NCBI GenBank assembly: GCA_965207945.1
Contig: OZ242303.1
Coordinates: forward strand, 1,280,935-1,344,934
DNA from: Gammaproteobacteria bacterium
Lineage (GTDB): Bacteria > Pseudomonadota > Gammaproteobacteria > CBDBNL01 > JAAOII01
DNA: 64,000 nt
Direction: 5' to 3'
Shown here piece after piece: positions 8,901 through 17,799 of this stretch. The notes beneath the pieces were generated by a model. It did no database searches, was not told where the DNA came from, and was given only the letters and a program-made list of their open reading frames with translations. Numbering within the stretch: the stretch's first letter is position 1; the number at the start of each line of letters is the position of its first letter. Both the position numbers and the translations under genes were made by a program.

Positions 8901-11117
8901 AAGAATATTTCGCAACCTCCAATGAATTATGCAGATATGCTCAATAATATTTTGCAGACCCAAAAGAATCATGCAGATATGCTCAAGAATATTTTGCAAC
9001 CTCCAATGAATTATGCAGATATGCTCAATAATATTTTGCAGACCCAAAAGAATCATGCAGATATGCTCAAGAATATTTCACAACCTCCAATGAATTATGC
9101 AAATATATTCAAGAATATTTTGCAGACTCAAAAGAATCATTCAGATATGCTCAAGAATATTTCGCAAACTCCAATGAATTATGCAGATATGCTCGATAAT
9201 ATTTCGCAGACTCGAAAGAATGCAGCAAATATACACAAGAACGTTTTACAGGCTCAAAAGAATGCTGCAGATCATGCCAAGAAAAATACTAAGATTCACA
9301 GCGATGATGCAGAGTTTTATTATAATCAAGGTCTTGCTAAATATACATCAAAAGAGTACAGAGGGGCTATTGACGATTTCACTAAAGCCATTAAAATTAA
9401 ATCTAATCATGTAAACGCTTACTATAATCGAGCCACTACAAAAAGTAAATTAAAAGATTATAAAGGTGCTATCGAGGATTTAACTAAAGCCATTAGGATT
9501 AAACCTAATAATGCACATGCTTACAATAATCGCGGCTACGATAAGTATGAATTAAAAGATTATAAAGGAGCTATTGATGATTTCACTAAAGCCATTAAGA
9601 TTGAACCTAATAATGCTACTGCTTACTATAATCGTGGAAATACTAAAAATCAATTAAAAGATTATCAAGGAGCTATCGATGATTATACTAAAGCTATTAA
9701 GATTGAACCTAATAATGCAAACTATTACTATAATCGTGCTAACACCAAAAGTCAATTTAAAGATTATAAAGGTGCCATTAAAGATTTTACTAAAGCTATT
9801 AAGATTAACCCTAAGAATGCGGATACTTACAATGATCGCGGTGGTGTTAAGAATGAATTAAAGGATTATAAAGGAGCTATAAAAGATTTTACTCAAGCTA
9901 TTAAGATTAACCCTAATTATGCATATCCTTATTATAATCTGGGCATCATTAAAACTAAATTAAAAGATTATAACAGCGCTATTGATTACTTAACTAAAGC
10001 TATAAAGATTAACCCTAAGCATTCACATCCCTATTATAATCTGGGCATCATTAAAACTAAATTAAAAGATTATAAAGGAGCTATTGATTACTTTACTCAA
10101 GCTATTAATTTTGATATCAAAAATGTAAATGCATATTATAATCGTGGTAATGCCAAATTAAAATTAAAAGATTATAAAAGTGCTATTAATGATTATACTG
10201 AAGTCATTAAGATTGATCCCAAAAACGTAAATGCTTACAATAATCTTGGTATGACTAGATATCAATTAAAAGATTACAAAGGTGCTATTAATGATTTAAG
10301 TCAAGCAATTAAGATTAAACCCAAACTTGTAGAATCTTACAATAACCGCGGAAACATTAAAAATCAGTTACACGACTATAAAGGAGCTATTGATGATTTC
10401 ACTAGTATTATTGAGATTGAACCGAATGATGTAGATGCTTACTATAATCGCGGTAATGCCAAATTAAAATTAAAAAATTATAAAAATGCTATCATTGATT
10501 ATAGTAATGCCATTAAGAATAATCCTAACTATGCGTATGCTTATATTAATAGAGGCTCAGCCAAATCTGAATTAGAGGATTATAAGGGCGCAATTAATGA
10601 TTATACTAATGCTATTAAGATCAAACCAAAACTTGCAGCAGGTTATAATAATCGTGGAAATACTAAAGGTAAACTAAAGGATTATAGAGGTGCTATTGAT
10701 GATTTCACTAATGCCATTAATATTGAACCAAATAATGCAGATACTCACAGCAACAGAGGAAAGATTAAAACTCAATTAAAGGATTACAAGGGTGCTATTG
10801 ATGATTATACCAACGCTATTAATTTTAATCCAAATAATGCAGATTTTTATAATAATCGTGGAGCCGCTAAATTTGAACTAAAAGAATATCAAGGGGCACT
10901 TGATGATTATAATAAAGCTATTGAGCTTGCTTCTAACAATGCAGTTGCTTATTATAATCGAGGTGAAGTTAAAGACAAATTAAAAGATTATAAAGGTGCC
11001 ATTAAAGATTGTCAACAAGTGATAGAGCTAACTGAGGGTAGGGATTTAATAGACGAAGAAATTAAAGTCCGCAAGTTAGCCCAAGAACTCCTACAAGAAT
11101 TACAAAGTAAGAAGTAA
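5925..11117 (+). CDS. valS: valyl-tRNA synthetase fused in frame to a 14-aa tandem-repeat array and about 17 TPR repeats (1730-aa ORF)
   Basis: Class I aaRS HMGH (PPPNVTGTLHMGHAF) and KMSKS motifs, and a ValRS C-terminal coiled coil ending about aa 945 (...RIDFIKAM). There is no stop there. The frame continues through about 10 copies of NYADMLNNISQTQK / NYADMLKNISQPPM and then 34-aa TPR units (AYYNRGNAKLKLKDYKGAIDDYT..). GC drops sharply at the junction. Confidence 0.8.
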   Translation: MDKNFNSKEIEARWSKYWEDEDLFAPSGTGEPYSIVIPPPNVTGTLHMGHAFLNTIIDTLIRYQRMNGKNVLWQMGTDHAGIATQMVVERRLAAQGKDKRDMGREKFLAEVWKWKDMSSGTIEKQLRRLGASVDWKTSRFTMDDAYINSVIEAFVRLHEKGLVYRSKRLVNWDPVLQTAVSDLEVRAVEEPSTLYYIRYPFVDDPTNKSCMVISTTRPETTLADGAVAVHPDDERYKSAVGRMVRVPGTDRIIPVIADEYVKPDFGSGCVKITPAHDFNDYEVGQRHTMETINLFTKDAHLNENAPPAYRGMDRYEARTKIVQDFKQQGLLAKEEKHSYSPPRGDRSGVILEPYLTDQWFIKMDTMAQRAIKAVQDGETKFVSPMWEKVYYNWLNEIQDWCVSRQLWWGHRIPAWYDEDGKPYVGRSQEEVRAKHNLDSSVKLRQDEDVLDTWFSSALWTFATMGWPHESGGNESGGKENNRQQTFNPTDLLVTGFDIIFFWVARMIMATLCLKDEVPFRNVYIHGLVRDGEGQKMSKSKGNILDPLDIIDGVELEELLRKRTTDMMQPDKEKSIAAATKKHFPDGIAEHGTDALRFTFCAMASTGRDLNFDTSRCIGYRNFCNKLWNATRYVLMQCTDADRMAATDKPTGTSNIIDQYMQWHFEIVTTEIRNSLDNYRIDLAAQALYEFVWHEFCNWYIEFTKPILAGDDEQAKASTKQGLLSMLDNILHLAHPFIPFITEETWQHLHAGNKSKSVKSIMVSQFPQHAPKSTEEIDKGNKKFAAVAWMKEFLQGVRVLRSELNISPSISLELILVSDDKNEARWLEEYADIIKPIIKCNKLSSLTTTSTKKPAAIARLAGKGEVLMPITANNRPGINREEEEKRLRKKLTIAEENIVKLNNKLNNKGFTNKAPDNIVKGVERKLEEQEDAWNKISTQRIDFIKAMNSLDKDKDTVHDNVADMLKKASQIPINYADMLNNISQTQKNYADMLKNISQPPMNYADMLNNILQTQKNHADMLKNILQPPMNYADMLNNILQTQKNHADMLKNISQPPMNYANIFKNILQTQKNHSDMLKNISQTPMNYADMLDNISQTRKNAANIHKNVLQAQKNAADHAKKNTKIHSDDAEFYYNQGLAKYTSKEYRGAIDDFTKAIKIKSNHVNAYYNRATTKSKLKDYKGAIEDLTKAIRIKPNNAHAYNNRGYDKYELKDYKGAIDDFTKAIKIEPNNATAYYNRGNTKNQLKDYQGAIDDYTKAIKIEPNNANYYYNRANTKSQFKDYKGAIKDFTKAIKINPKNADTYNDRGGVKNELKDYKGAIKDFTQAIKINPNYAYPYYNLGIIKTKLKDYNSAIDYLTKAIKINPKHSHPYYNLGIIKTKLKDYKGAIDYFTQAINFDIKNVNAYYNRGNAKLKLKDYKSAINDYTEVIKIDPKNVNAYNNLGMTRYQLKDYKGAINDLSQAIKIKPKLVESYNNRGNIKNQLHDYKGAIDDFTSIIEIEPNDVDAYYNRGNAKLKLKNYKNAIIDYSNAIKNNPNYAYAYINRGSAKSELEDYKGAINDYTNAIKIKPKLAAGYNNRGNTKGKLKDYRGAIDDFTNAINIEPNNADTHSNRGKIKTQLKDYKGAIDDYTNAINFNPNNADFYNNRGAAKFELKEYQGALDDYNKAIELASNNAVAYYNRGEVKDKLKDYKGAIKDCQQVIELTEGRDLIDEEIKVRKLAQELLQELQSKK
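8841..9290. repeat. 42-bp coding tandem repeat array (about 10.5 units, two alternating variants, 84-bp higher-order period)
   Basis: Repeat unit aattatgcagatatgctcaa(t/g)aatatttcgca(g/a)(a/c)c(t/c)c(a/c)aa(a/t)g seen directly. It lies inside the valS-TPR ORF. Confidence 0.85.
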
Positions 11118-11179
11118 ACAACAATAGTTAAATACAATTCAAATATTTTGTTCGCTTAGTATGAAGGGGCGCAAATAAT

Positions 11180-13990
11180 TCACCTTATCAATCTCAGCAA
11201 TTTCTTTATATCTTTTCTAGCAAAATTTATAAGTTGTAGATTAATCATATCTTTTAACTCTTCATTTTTATATCTTGCTTTCATAAATTTAACTAATTTT
11301 TTATTATCGTTATTCTCTAGAATATAGACAAGAATATCGCGGATTTTATTCGAAATTATAGATATATTTTTCCCTTCATCCAAAAAGAAAAATTCATAGA
11401 TATATAAGAGATTATCTGTGTATTCTGTTTTAGCAAATAAATCACTTTCAAATTTTTTCATAAAATTTATATTTTCTACTACATTCAATCTAAGTAATCC
11501 CTCATAAAACATCTCTCTTATGTCACTATTATTATTAACTAAATCCCTTATTGGTGAATAAATATGTATATGAGAAAATAGGACTCTACAAGTTTCAATA
11601 AAAAAATTAACCATATTCCTTAAATAATTTTTATTATTTTTAATAATATCTGTATATAAAAAATTAGTGGAGACGCCACCATCATCATAAATTTTATGGT
11701 GTTTAAATAAAAATAGAATTAATTCCTGTATTAGAATAGGGCAACCATATATTCCTGATTTTGGTGTTTTTTCAAGTAACTTTGTAATATATAAAATTAA
11801 CTGATCTATAGCCTCGCATAAAGAATCTATATTATCAAAATTATTAAATCTTGGGATATCTAAATTACTTTTATCAAATGAGGGTATAAGTTCTCCTGCT
11901 GATACTAATTCATTATTAAATAAATAATGTAATTCTTTATAAAAGTCATTAAGATATATTATGTTATTTTCATTAATAAACGCAATATCAATACCATCAA
12001 TTATAAAAGTAATAATATTTTCTATTTCTAAAGATTTTAATTTATTCTTTTTAATAGTTTCTTTATTATTCTTACCATATAAATAATTAACAGTCCTATT
12101 ATCACAATGAAATTTATAATATGTTGTATATAAGGTTCCCAATTTATTTCTAATAAAATCATCATTTAAATTATTAATAAACGATTCTAATCCATAAATC
12201 CAAATATAACTATAATTATCAAATTTAGATCTAAAATTTTGAGACAATAAATATTCGACAGACCATAATTGGTAAAATTTATCATAAGATAATTTAAGTA
12301 AATAGTCTAAACCAAACTTATTATTAGAAGCCATAAATTGAAAGAAATAATCTAATTTATCTGGATTAATATTATCGATTACTTCAAATGAATTAAGGTC
12401 AAAAACACTTCTAATCTTAGTTAGTTGACTACTATTTAATTCCCTTATATTATGCACTTCTAAAATAGTTTCAAATATTTTCACAGCGCTAGTGTTAAAA
12501 GTTCCTCTTTGTAATTCTTTATTAAATTCTTCAATTAAATATATAATCATATCATCAAAAAATTCTGGATTATTATTAAGATATATATTTAAATTCACGT
12601 AATCTAAATTATTAATTAAATCAATTAATTCTTGTGATACTAACGAAGCGCTATCAATATTCCTTATTATTTTCTCTACTATAAAAATATCCGATTGCTC
12701 AATAATCCTTCCTACTCTATGAAAAAATATCTGTTGCTCATCTCCGATATAGTATTTTAATTGTTTAATCTTATACGGATAATTACCTATCCTACTATAT
12801 AAATCTAACCACTCCTCTCTAATTATTAACAATATTGTTATTAAACTCTGATTATTCTCTACAAATCGATTACTTGTTTTACTTTCTACAAATTTAAGTT
12901 CCACCATCAAATTATTTAAAATTTTTATAATCCTTCTTGGGTTAGCGGCATATTCTTTTGCAATGATATCTACTGTATGTGGATTTAAACCTAAACTATA
13001 AATCATATTTAATTTATTAATATATGTAAATAAGTCAATATCTTTAAAATACTTAATATTAATAGCTACATTAAAAAACCTATCCAAAAACTCTTTTGAT
13101 TCTTTTATACTAGAATTAATATTCTCTTCATTAATATTATTCCTGATAATTAAGTTCTTCATAAGTAATTCATCATCAATAGGAACTAGAAGTATTACAC
13201 CATTTTGATTAGATAGAAAATTTTTAACGTTAGTTAAAAGTTCATAAGATTTTTCACTATCACATCTATCTATGTTATCAATAACAATAACAATTTTATC
13301 AAACTTACCTGAAATTAACAAATCTGAAGAGTTACCATTTAATAATTTATTCAGTAATTCTTTAATAGAATGTTCAAATTGCTCAGGAGCAAAAAATTTA
13401 TTATGTTTAATAGTTTTTTTATATATATTAGAAGAATTATCTATAACTTTGTATACAATTAAAATAACTATTGGTATTAACGTAAAAATAGTGACGTCTC
13501 CAAGAGTAATATTTAATTCTATACCTATTAGTTTTAGTAAATAATATATGCTTACTAATAACATGACTGGTATCAATGCAAGAGTAACTATATTTTTTAT
13601 AATACTCTTGATGGTGAATTCTTTATCTGTTATTTCTACTGTTTTATCTTGGTACAGATCATAATTTTCATCAAGGTCATCAGGATTTAAAAAATTTTGT
13701 AACTTTAATAAAAATATTTTTTTAAATGAATCTCCGGAATACTTCCAAGCATCATATACAATAAATTTAAATTTTTGATTTCCTTTATCTTTTTTGTGTT
13801 CTAACTCTTCTTTGACAGTTTTTACTATTGAGGACTTTCCTGTACCCCACTTACCAAATAAACCTATTGTGTATCCCTCCCTAGATGATAAAATCATCTC
13901 TTTAATGGTATTGGCATATCTTTTTGTTTCTAATAAATCTTTATCATTTAGATTTATTTCCTCATCAGGAATAAAATTTATCTTTTTCAT
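11180..13990 (-). CDS. KAP-family P-loop NTPase (936 aa)
   Basis: Walker A LFGKWGTGKSS followed by FIVYDAWKYSGD (KAP signature FDAWKYxxD). Two hydrophobic TM helices are inserted in the NTPase domain (IVTLALIPVMLLVSIYYLL...IFTLIPIVILIVY), as is typical for KAP. Very AT-rich. Confidence 0.75.
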   Translation of the reverse strand: MKKINFIPDEEINLNDKDLLETKRYANTIKEMILSSREGYTIGLFGKWGTGKSSIVKTVKEELEHKKDKGNQKFKFIVYDAWKYSGDSFKKIFLLKLQNFLNPDDLDENYDLYQDKTVEITDKEFTIKSIIKNIVTLALIPVMLLVSIYYLLKLIGIELNITLGDVTIFTLIPIVILIVYKVIDNSSNIYKKTIKHNKFFAPEQFEHSIKELLNKLLNGNSSDLLISGKFDKIVIVIDNIDRCDSEKSYELLTNVKNFLSNQNGVILLVPIDDELLMKNLIIRNNINEENINSSIKESKEFLDRFFNVAINIKYFKDIDLFTYINKLNMIYSLGLNPHTVDIIAKEYAANPRRIIKILNNLMVELKFVESKTSNRFVENNQSLITILLIIREEWLDLYSRIGNYPYKIKQLKYYIGDEQQIFFHRVGRIIEQSDIFIVEKIIRNIDSASLVSQELIDLINNLDYVNLNIYLNNNPEFFDDMIIYLIEEFNKELQRGTFNTSAVKIFETILEVHNIRELNSSQLTKIRSVFDLNSFEVIDNINPDKLDYFFQFMASNNKFGLDYLLKLSYDKFYQLWSVEYLLSQNFRSKFDNYSYIWIYGLESFINNLNDDFIRNKLGTLYTTYYKFHCDNRTVNYLYGKNNKETIKKNKLKSLEIENIITFIIDGIDIAFINENNIIYLNDFYKELHYLFNNELVSAGELIPSFDKSNLDIPRFNNFDNIDSLCEAIDQLILYITKLLEKTPKSGIYGCPILIQELILFLFKHHKIYDDGGVSTNFLYTDIIKNNKNYLRNMVNFFIETCRVLFSHIHIYSPIRDLVNNNSDIREMFYEGLLRLNVVENINFMKKFESDLFAKTEYTDNLLYIYEFFFLDEGKNISIISNKIRDILVYILENNDNKKLVKFMKARYKNEELKDMINLQLINFARKDIKKLLRLIR

Positions 13991-14539
13991 ATAATCTAAT
14001 TAATTTTTTCATTAAAATTCATAGAGTCAAGAACTTCAGTAGATGGACTTTACCCAACCTATGACAAGTAGATAAGATCCGAGCCGACTCAACAATCATC
14101 TTCACAACATGCTTATCATTATGATAAACAGCGTAAACTTGAGGATCCCTATCTAAGAAAAATATATTCATTTTATACTTCACAATATAACATAATTACA
14201 AAGAGTTCTGACCAATAACCATACACAGCTCATATTTCCAGGACGAGGTATGTCCGCTCAGCATCCAGTTTGATGCTTGGAATAAAATATCAGCATACTT
14301 GTAATTAACTAGATTAAAATATAATGTATAATCATATCTATAATTGAATTAAAATATCACCAAATATTACATGAAAATATTTATAAAATTGGTAATAAAT
14401 ACAAACAATCAATCCTTTGGAATCAGTTATCCTGACCACAAAAGATTATTTATACCACTCTACCCCCAATATTTATCACCCATACAATTCAATATCCTAT
14501 CTCCAAATATTATCTACAAAATAACTACTTAATAAAATC

Positions 14540-15589
14540 ATGAACCAAGATCCTAATACACCAAAACCTGTTAAGCAAATGAGTGAAGAAGAAATTATAA
14601 ATCACATTGAAAGCAAAACAAAGAAACATATTGAAACAAAGAAAAAAGAAATGGAGGAGTTTGTCCAAAGTAAAATTAAAGAGATTGATGATAAAAAACA
14701 AGAAATTGATAAATATTGGAAAGGATCTCAAGATTCTTCAGGAAATCCTATTATAGGAATGGAAAAATACATGGATAATAAAAAAAATGAAATAGATGAG
14801 TATTGGGAAGGCAAAAAGGATGAAGAAGGTGTTAGAAAAGGAGGAAAGCAAGAATATATTAATAATCAACACAATAAAATAAACGAGTTTTGGGAAGGCA
14901 AAGAGGAGGAAGAAGGAAATAAAACAGGAGGAATGGAAGAATACATGAATAATAAAAAAAATGAAATAGATGAGTTCTTGGAAGGTAAAGAGGATGAAAA
15001 CGGCATTATAGAAGAAGGAATGAAAAAAACTATGAAGGGTTTAAAAGATCGTATAGAAGAATTACTTGAAGGCGCAATCCGTGCTAGTCTTGCATCAGCA
15101 TATGGGAAAAAAGCTCGACGACATAGAATGTTAGCAATAATATATACAATTCTATTTGTAGTCATAATTTTAGCTTTCTTCTCTCTCGCGATAGCTGTGA
15201 TAATATTTGCAGAAGCTGACGGAAAAATATATGGTACTTCTATCTTTGCTATTCTCGCACCAATGACTACTGCAGGTATCTTACTATGTCTATTCTTTAG
15301 TAATAAACAAAGGGAAGAAAGACGAATAGAAGAAGAATACTCACATAAAGAGATGATAACAACTGTTTTCGAAGCTTACAAAAGAGAAGTAGAAAAACTT
15401 GGCGAAGGAGAGGATACTAAAAAATTAATGTTAACAATATATGAAAATATAATAAAAAGCGCAGATTATAACCCGAGTAGATACATCGGTAAATATGATA
15501 CTCCGCACCCATTATTCGGTATATTTAAACCAAAACAAGAAAATAATAAAAATATTACCGATGATATTAAAAAGAATATTACCGATTAA
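14540..15589 (+). CDS. hypothetical membrane protein with 3-4 N-terminal approx. 30-aa repeats (NKKNEIDEYWEGKKDEEG...) and two C-terminal TM helices
   Basis: Repeats GMEKYMDNKKNEIDEYWEGKKDEEGVRKGG, KQEYINNQHNKINEFWEGKEEEEGNKTGG and MEEYMNNKKNEIDEFLEGKEDENG. TM segments MLAIIYTILFVVIILAFFSLAIAVIIFA and ILAPMTTAGILLCLFF. No recognisable family. Confidence 0.55.
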   Translation: MNQDPNTPKPVKQMSEEEIINHIESKTKKHIETKKKEMEEFVQSKIKEIDDKKQEIDKYWKGSQDSSGNPIIGMEKYMDNKKNEIDEYWEGKKDEEGVRKGGKQEYINNQHNKINEFWEGKEEEEGNKTGGMEEYMNNKKNEIDEFLEGKEDENGIIEEGMKKTMKGLKDRIEELLEGAIRASLASAYGKKARRHRMLAIIYTILFVVIILAFFSLAIAVIIFAEADGKIYGTSIFAILAPMTTAGILLCLFFSNKQREERRIEEEYSHKEMITTVFEAYKREVEKLGEGEDTKKLMLTIYENIIKSADYNPSRYIGKYDTPHPLFGIFKPKQENNKNITDDIKKNITD

Positions 15590-15833
15590 CGCAAATATAA
15601 AATTATAGTTTAAGCAGAAAATACTTAGCCATTTGATTCTATAACAAATTAATAATACCATAAATAATATGTATAACTATGTGTGATCCATATTACGCAA
15701 GGTTGCCCTTCATAAATATTCATATAAAATATCTCCCCATAATTATTTTTACAATTACTTACAATAGGTCGCAAAAATTTAGCATACAGTTATTGATTTT
15801 AAGGTGACTATAATGGCACTAAATAATGCCCAT

Positions 15834-17621
15834 TTATTTTTTTAGAGCAGGCCAGACTTTCACCGCTTGTTCGTATAAGAACTCTCCTCTTTTTTGTATT
15901 TTATCTTCATTCCAAGTATCAGAGCCAAGAAATCTATCGTCAACAAAAGTTTTTATTCCTTTAGCATATTCTTCTAATCCATTTTTTCCATCTTTTCCAG
16001 ATTTTTTGATTTCCCATGCATCATTATTAATTGAATTATTTAATTTGGAAGACAGTATAGTCAAATTACCCATCATTAATATCTTTTCATTACGTACTCT
16101 TTCATCTATTCCATTTAATGGCCAGTTTTTTTCCCACTTTTTAGGCATTATATGTTCTATTTGGTAATCGTCAAATCTAAGCAAACTAGTGCAATCTTTC
16201 TTATTCCGCATTGATAATTCTAAAAGATAAAGAACTGATTTAGAATAAGAGCTAATTAATTTAGATTCCATAAATCCCTTTTTAAATTGTTCATCATTAG
16301 GAAACTCTTCTGTTTTAGCAATTCCTATAAATCGTTGTTTTAATTTTTCTAGGGTATCTACTTTCCCAGAAATAAAACTATTAAATACCACACCATAATG
16401 TTTAGCGCTCCCCTTACAAACTGCGCGTCTAACAAAATAATTCACTAATAAATCAAACATTTTATCTTGTTCATCTTGCACCTTTACATTAACTAATATA
16501 AATAACAAATAAGGAATAATAGGGGTAACAGGAATACCAAAAGTAACTATATTTATCTTATCGGAAAAGGAGCCAAAATCAACTTGTTCGTACAGTTTTT
16601 TGTAATTAATCTTTTCTTTATATATTTCTGATTTCTCAATAATATCATGAATGAATTTTTTATCTCCAGATTTAATCTTATTAATAAGGAGGTAATTTTT
16701 ATATCTATCATACAGTTTGTCTATAGTAATTGGTTTATCCTTAGTTACTGACTTATTCTTTGTTACTGGCTCATCCTTATTTGCTAACTTATCTGCATTA
16801 ATGGTTTTATCATCTGTATAGGATTTTAATAATAAAAAAGATTGTAAGAAAAAATCAATGTTTTTACGCTTATTTTTTCCCGTGCCTATACCAGCACCCC
16901 AAAAATTTTTCTCATCCTCTTCAAAGTATTTCCGCCATGTCTTTTTATATAAATCCCAGCTAGACTCATCAGAATTGAATAATAGATTTTTTAATAGTTC
17001 TGCGGTAGTAAGAGAAACTCCAATAGAATTAAGGGTATCAAAAATTTGTTGCTCGTCCTCTTTTTCGTCTAAGTCTATCCCTATAAAATAAATCTTTGAT
17101 AAAAGAGATTGCCAGTCCTGAATATTTGACTTTGGTATAATATTTTTTTCAAAATATTTATAGCATTTTAGAACTTTATTATCAACATATTCACTTTCAA
17201 TGTCTGTATTTAATTCTCCATTAATTATAGTTTCAAATATTTCTCTATCATTATGATTATGTTCAAGAATTATTTTATTATCTGTTATACTGGAAAACAA
17301 CATATTCTTTAAACTGTCACCATTTTTTTCTAACTTACTAGCCACACACTTATATAATAAAAAAATAGAAGTTAATCTTTGTTGACCATCAATCAAAGAA
17401 CGAACCTCTCCAATTTCTTTATTCATTGGAGTCTTTTGTTGCTTTAATATAATAGGTCCCATAAAATAATTAGGGATATCATTATCAATCAAATTATGAA
17501 TATCATCTAAAAACCTTTCCCAGTGTTCTTCTTCCCAGACATAGCTCCTTTGAAAGAATGGAATTTGGATTATTCTGTGTGGATTTAATACATCCGCTAA
17601 ATTTATTCGCCCTTCTTTCAT
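15834..17621 (-). CDS. DUF262 (ParB-like) + DUF1524 (HNH/His-Me) protein, GmrSD/SspE-like type IV restriction endonuclease
   Basis: N-terminal IQIPFFQRSYVWEEEHW (DUF262 DGQQR/FQR motif; IDGQQRLTSIFLL is also present) and C-terminal DDYQIEHIMPKKW (DUF1524 His-Me finger). Confidence 0.75.
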   Translation of the reverse strand: MKEGRINLADVLNPHRIIQIPFFQRSYVWEEEHWERFLDDIHNLIDNDIPNYFMGPIILKQQKTPMNKEIGEVRSLIDGQQRLTSIFLLYKCVASKLEKNGDSLKNMLFSSITDNKIILEHNHNDREIFETIINGELNTDIESEYVDNKVLKCYKYFEKNIIPKSNIQDWQSLLSKIYFIGIDLDEKEDEQQIFDTLNSIGVSLTTAELLKNLLFNSDESSWDLYKKTWRKYFEEDEKNFWGAGIGTGKNKRKNIDFFLQSFLLLKSYTDDKTINADKLANKDEPVTKNKSVTKDKPITIDKLYDRYKNYLLINKIKSGDKKFIHDIIEKSEIYKEKINYKKLYEQVDFGSFSDKINIVTFGIPVTPIIPYLLFILVNVKVQDEQDKMFDLLVNYFVRRAVCKGSAKHYGVVFNSFISGKVDTLEKLKQRFIGIAKTEEFPNDEQFKKGFMESKLISSYSKSVLYLLELSMRNKKDCTSLLRFDDYQIEHIMPKKWEKNWPLNGIDERVRNEKILMMGNLTILSSKLNNSINNDAWEIKKSGKDGKNGLEEYAKGIKTFVDDRFLGSDTWNEDKIQKRGEFLYEQAVKVWPALKK

Positions 17622-17799
17622 AATAGTATATTTATATATTTAGTTAAATTAAAATAGGTAAGCTTAAAAATTACCTAATGAGTACATTATAAACCTTTAT
17701 ATATTTTTATCTATTCATTTATATATTCTAACCAAGAATATATAATACTCTATAATAACAACGTATAGAATAATCGACTAATCGCAAAATATTAAATAA

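Noticed and set aside
8841-9290. Possible CRISPR array
   Set aside because: The repeats are contiguous 42-bp units with no intervening unique spacers, and they are in frame inside a long ORF. This is a coding tandem repeat, not CRISPR.
8826-9861. Small ORFs on both strands (8826-9056 -, 9181-9414 +, 9679-9861 +)
   Set aside because: They lie inside the 42-bp repeat and TPR region of the valS-TPR frame. They are repeat-generated alternative frames with Ile/Leu/Asn-rich nonsense.
14040-14290. GC-richer patch in the KAP1/membrane-protein intergenic region (minus frame reads ...FFLDRDPQVYAVYHNDKHVVKMIVESARI*)
   Set aside because: Only about a 50-codon open frame with no start context or recognisable family. 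It may be a gene remnant, but there is not enough evidence to call it.
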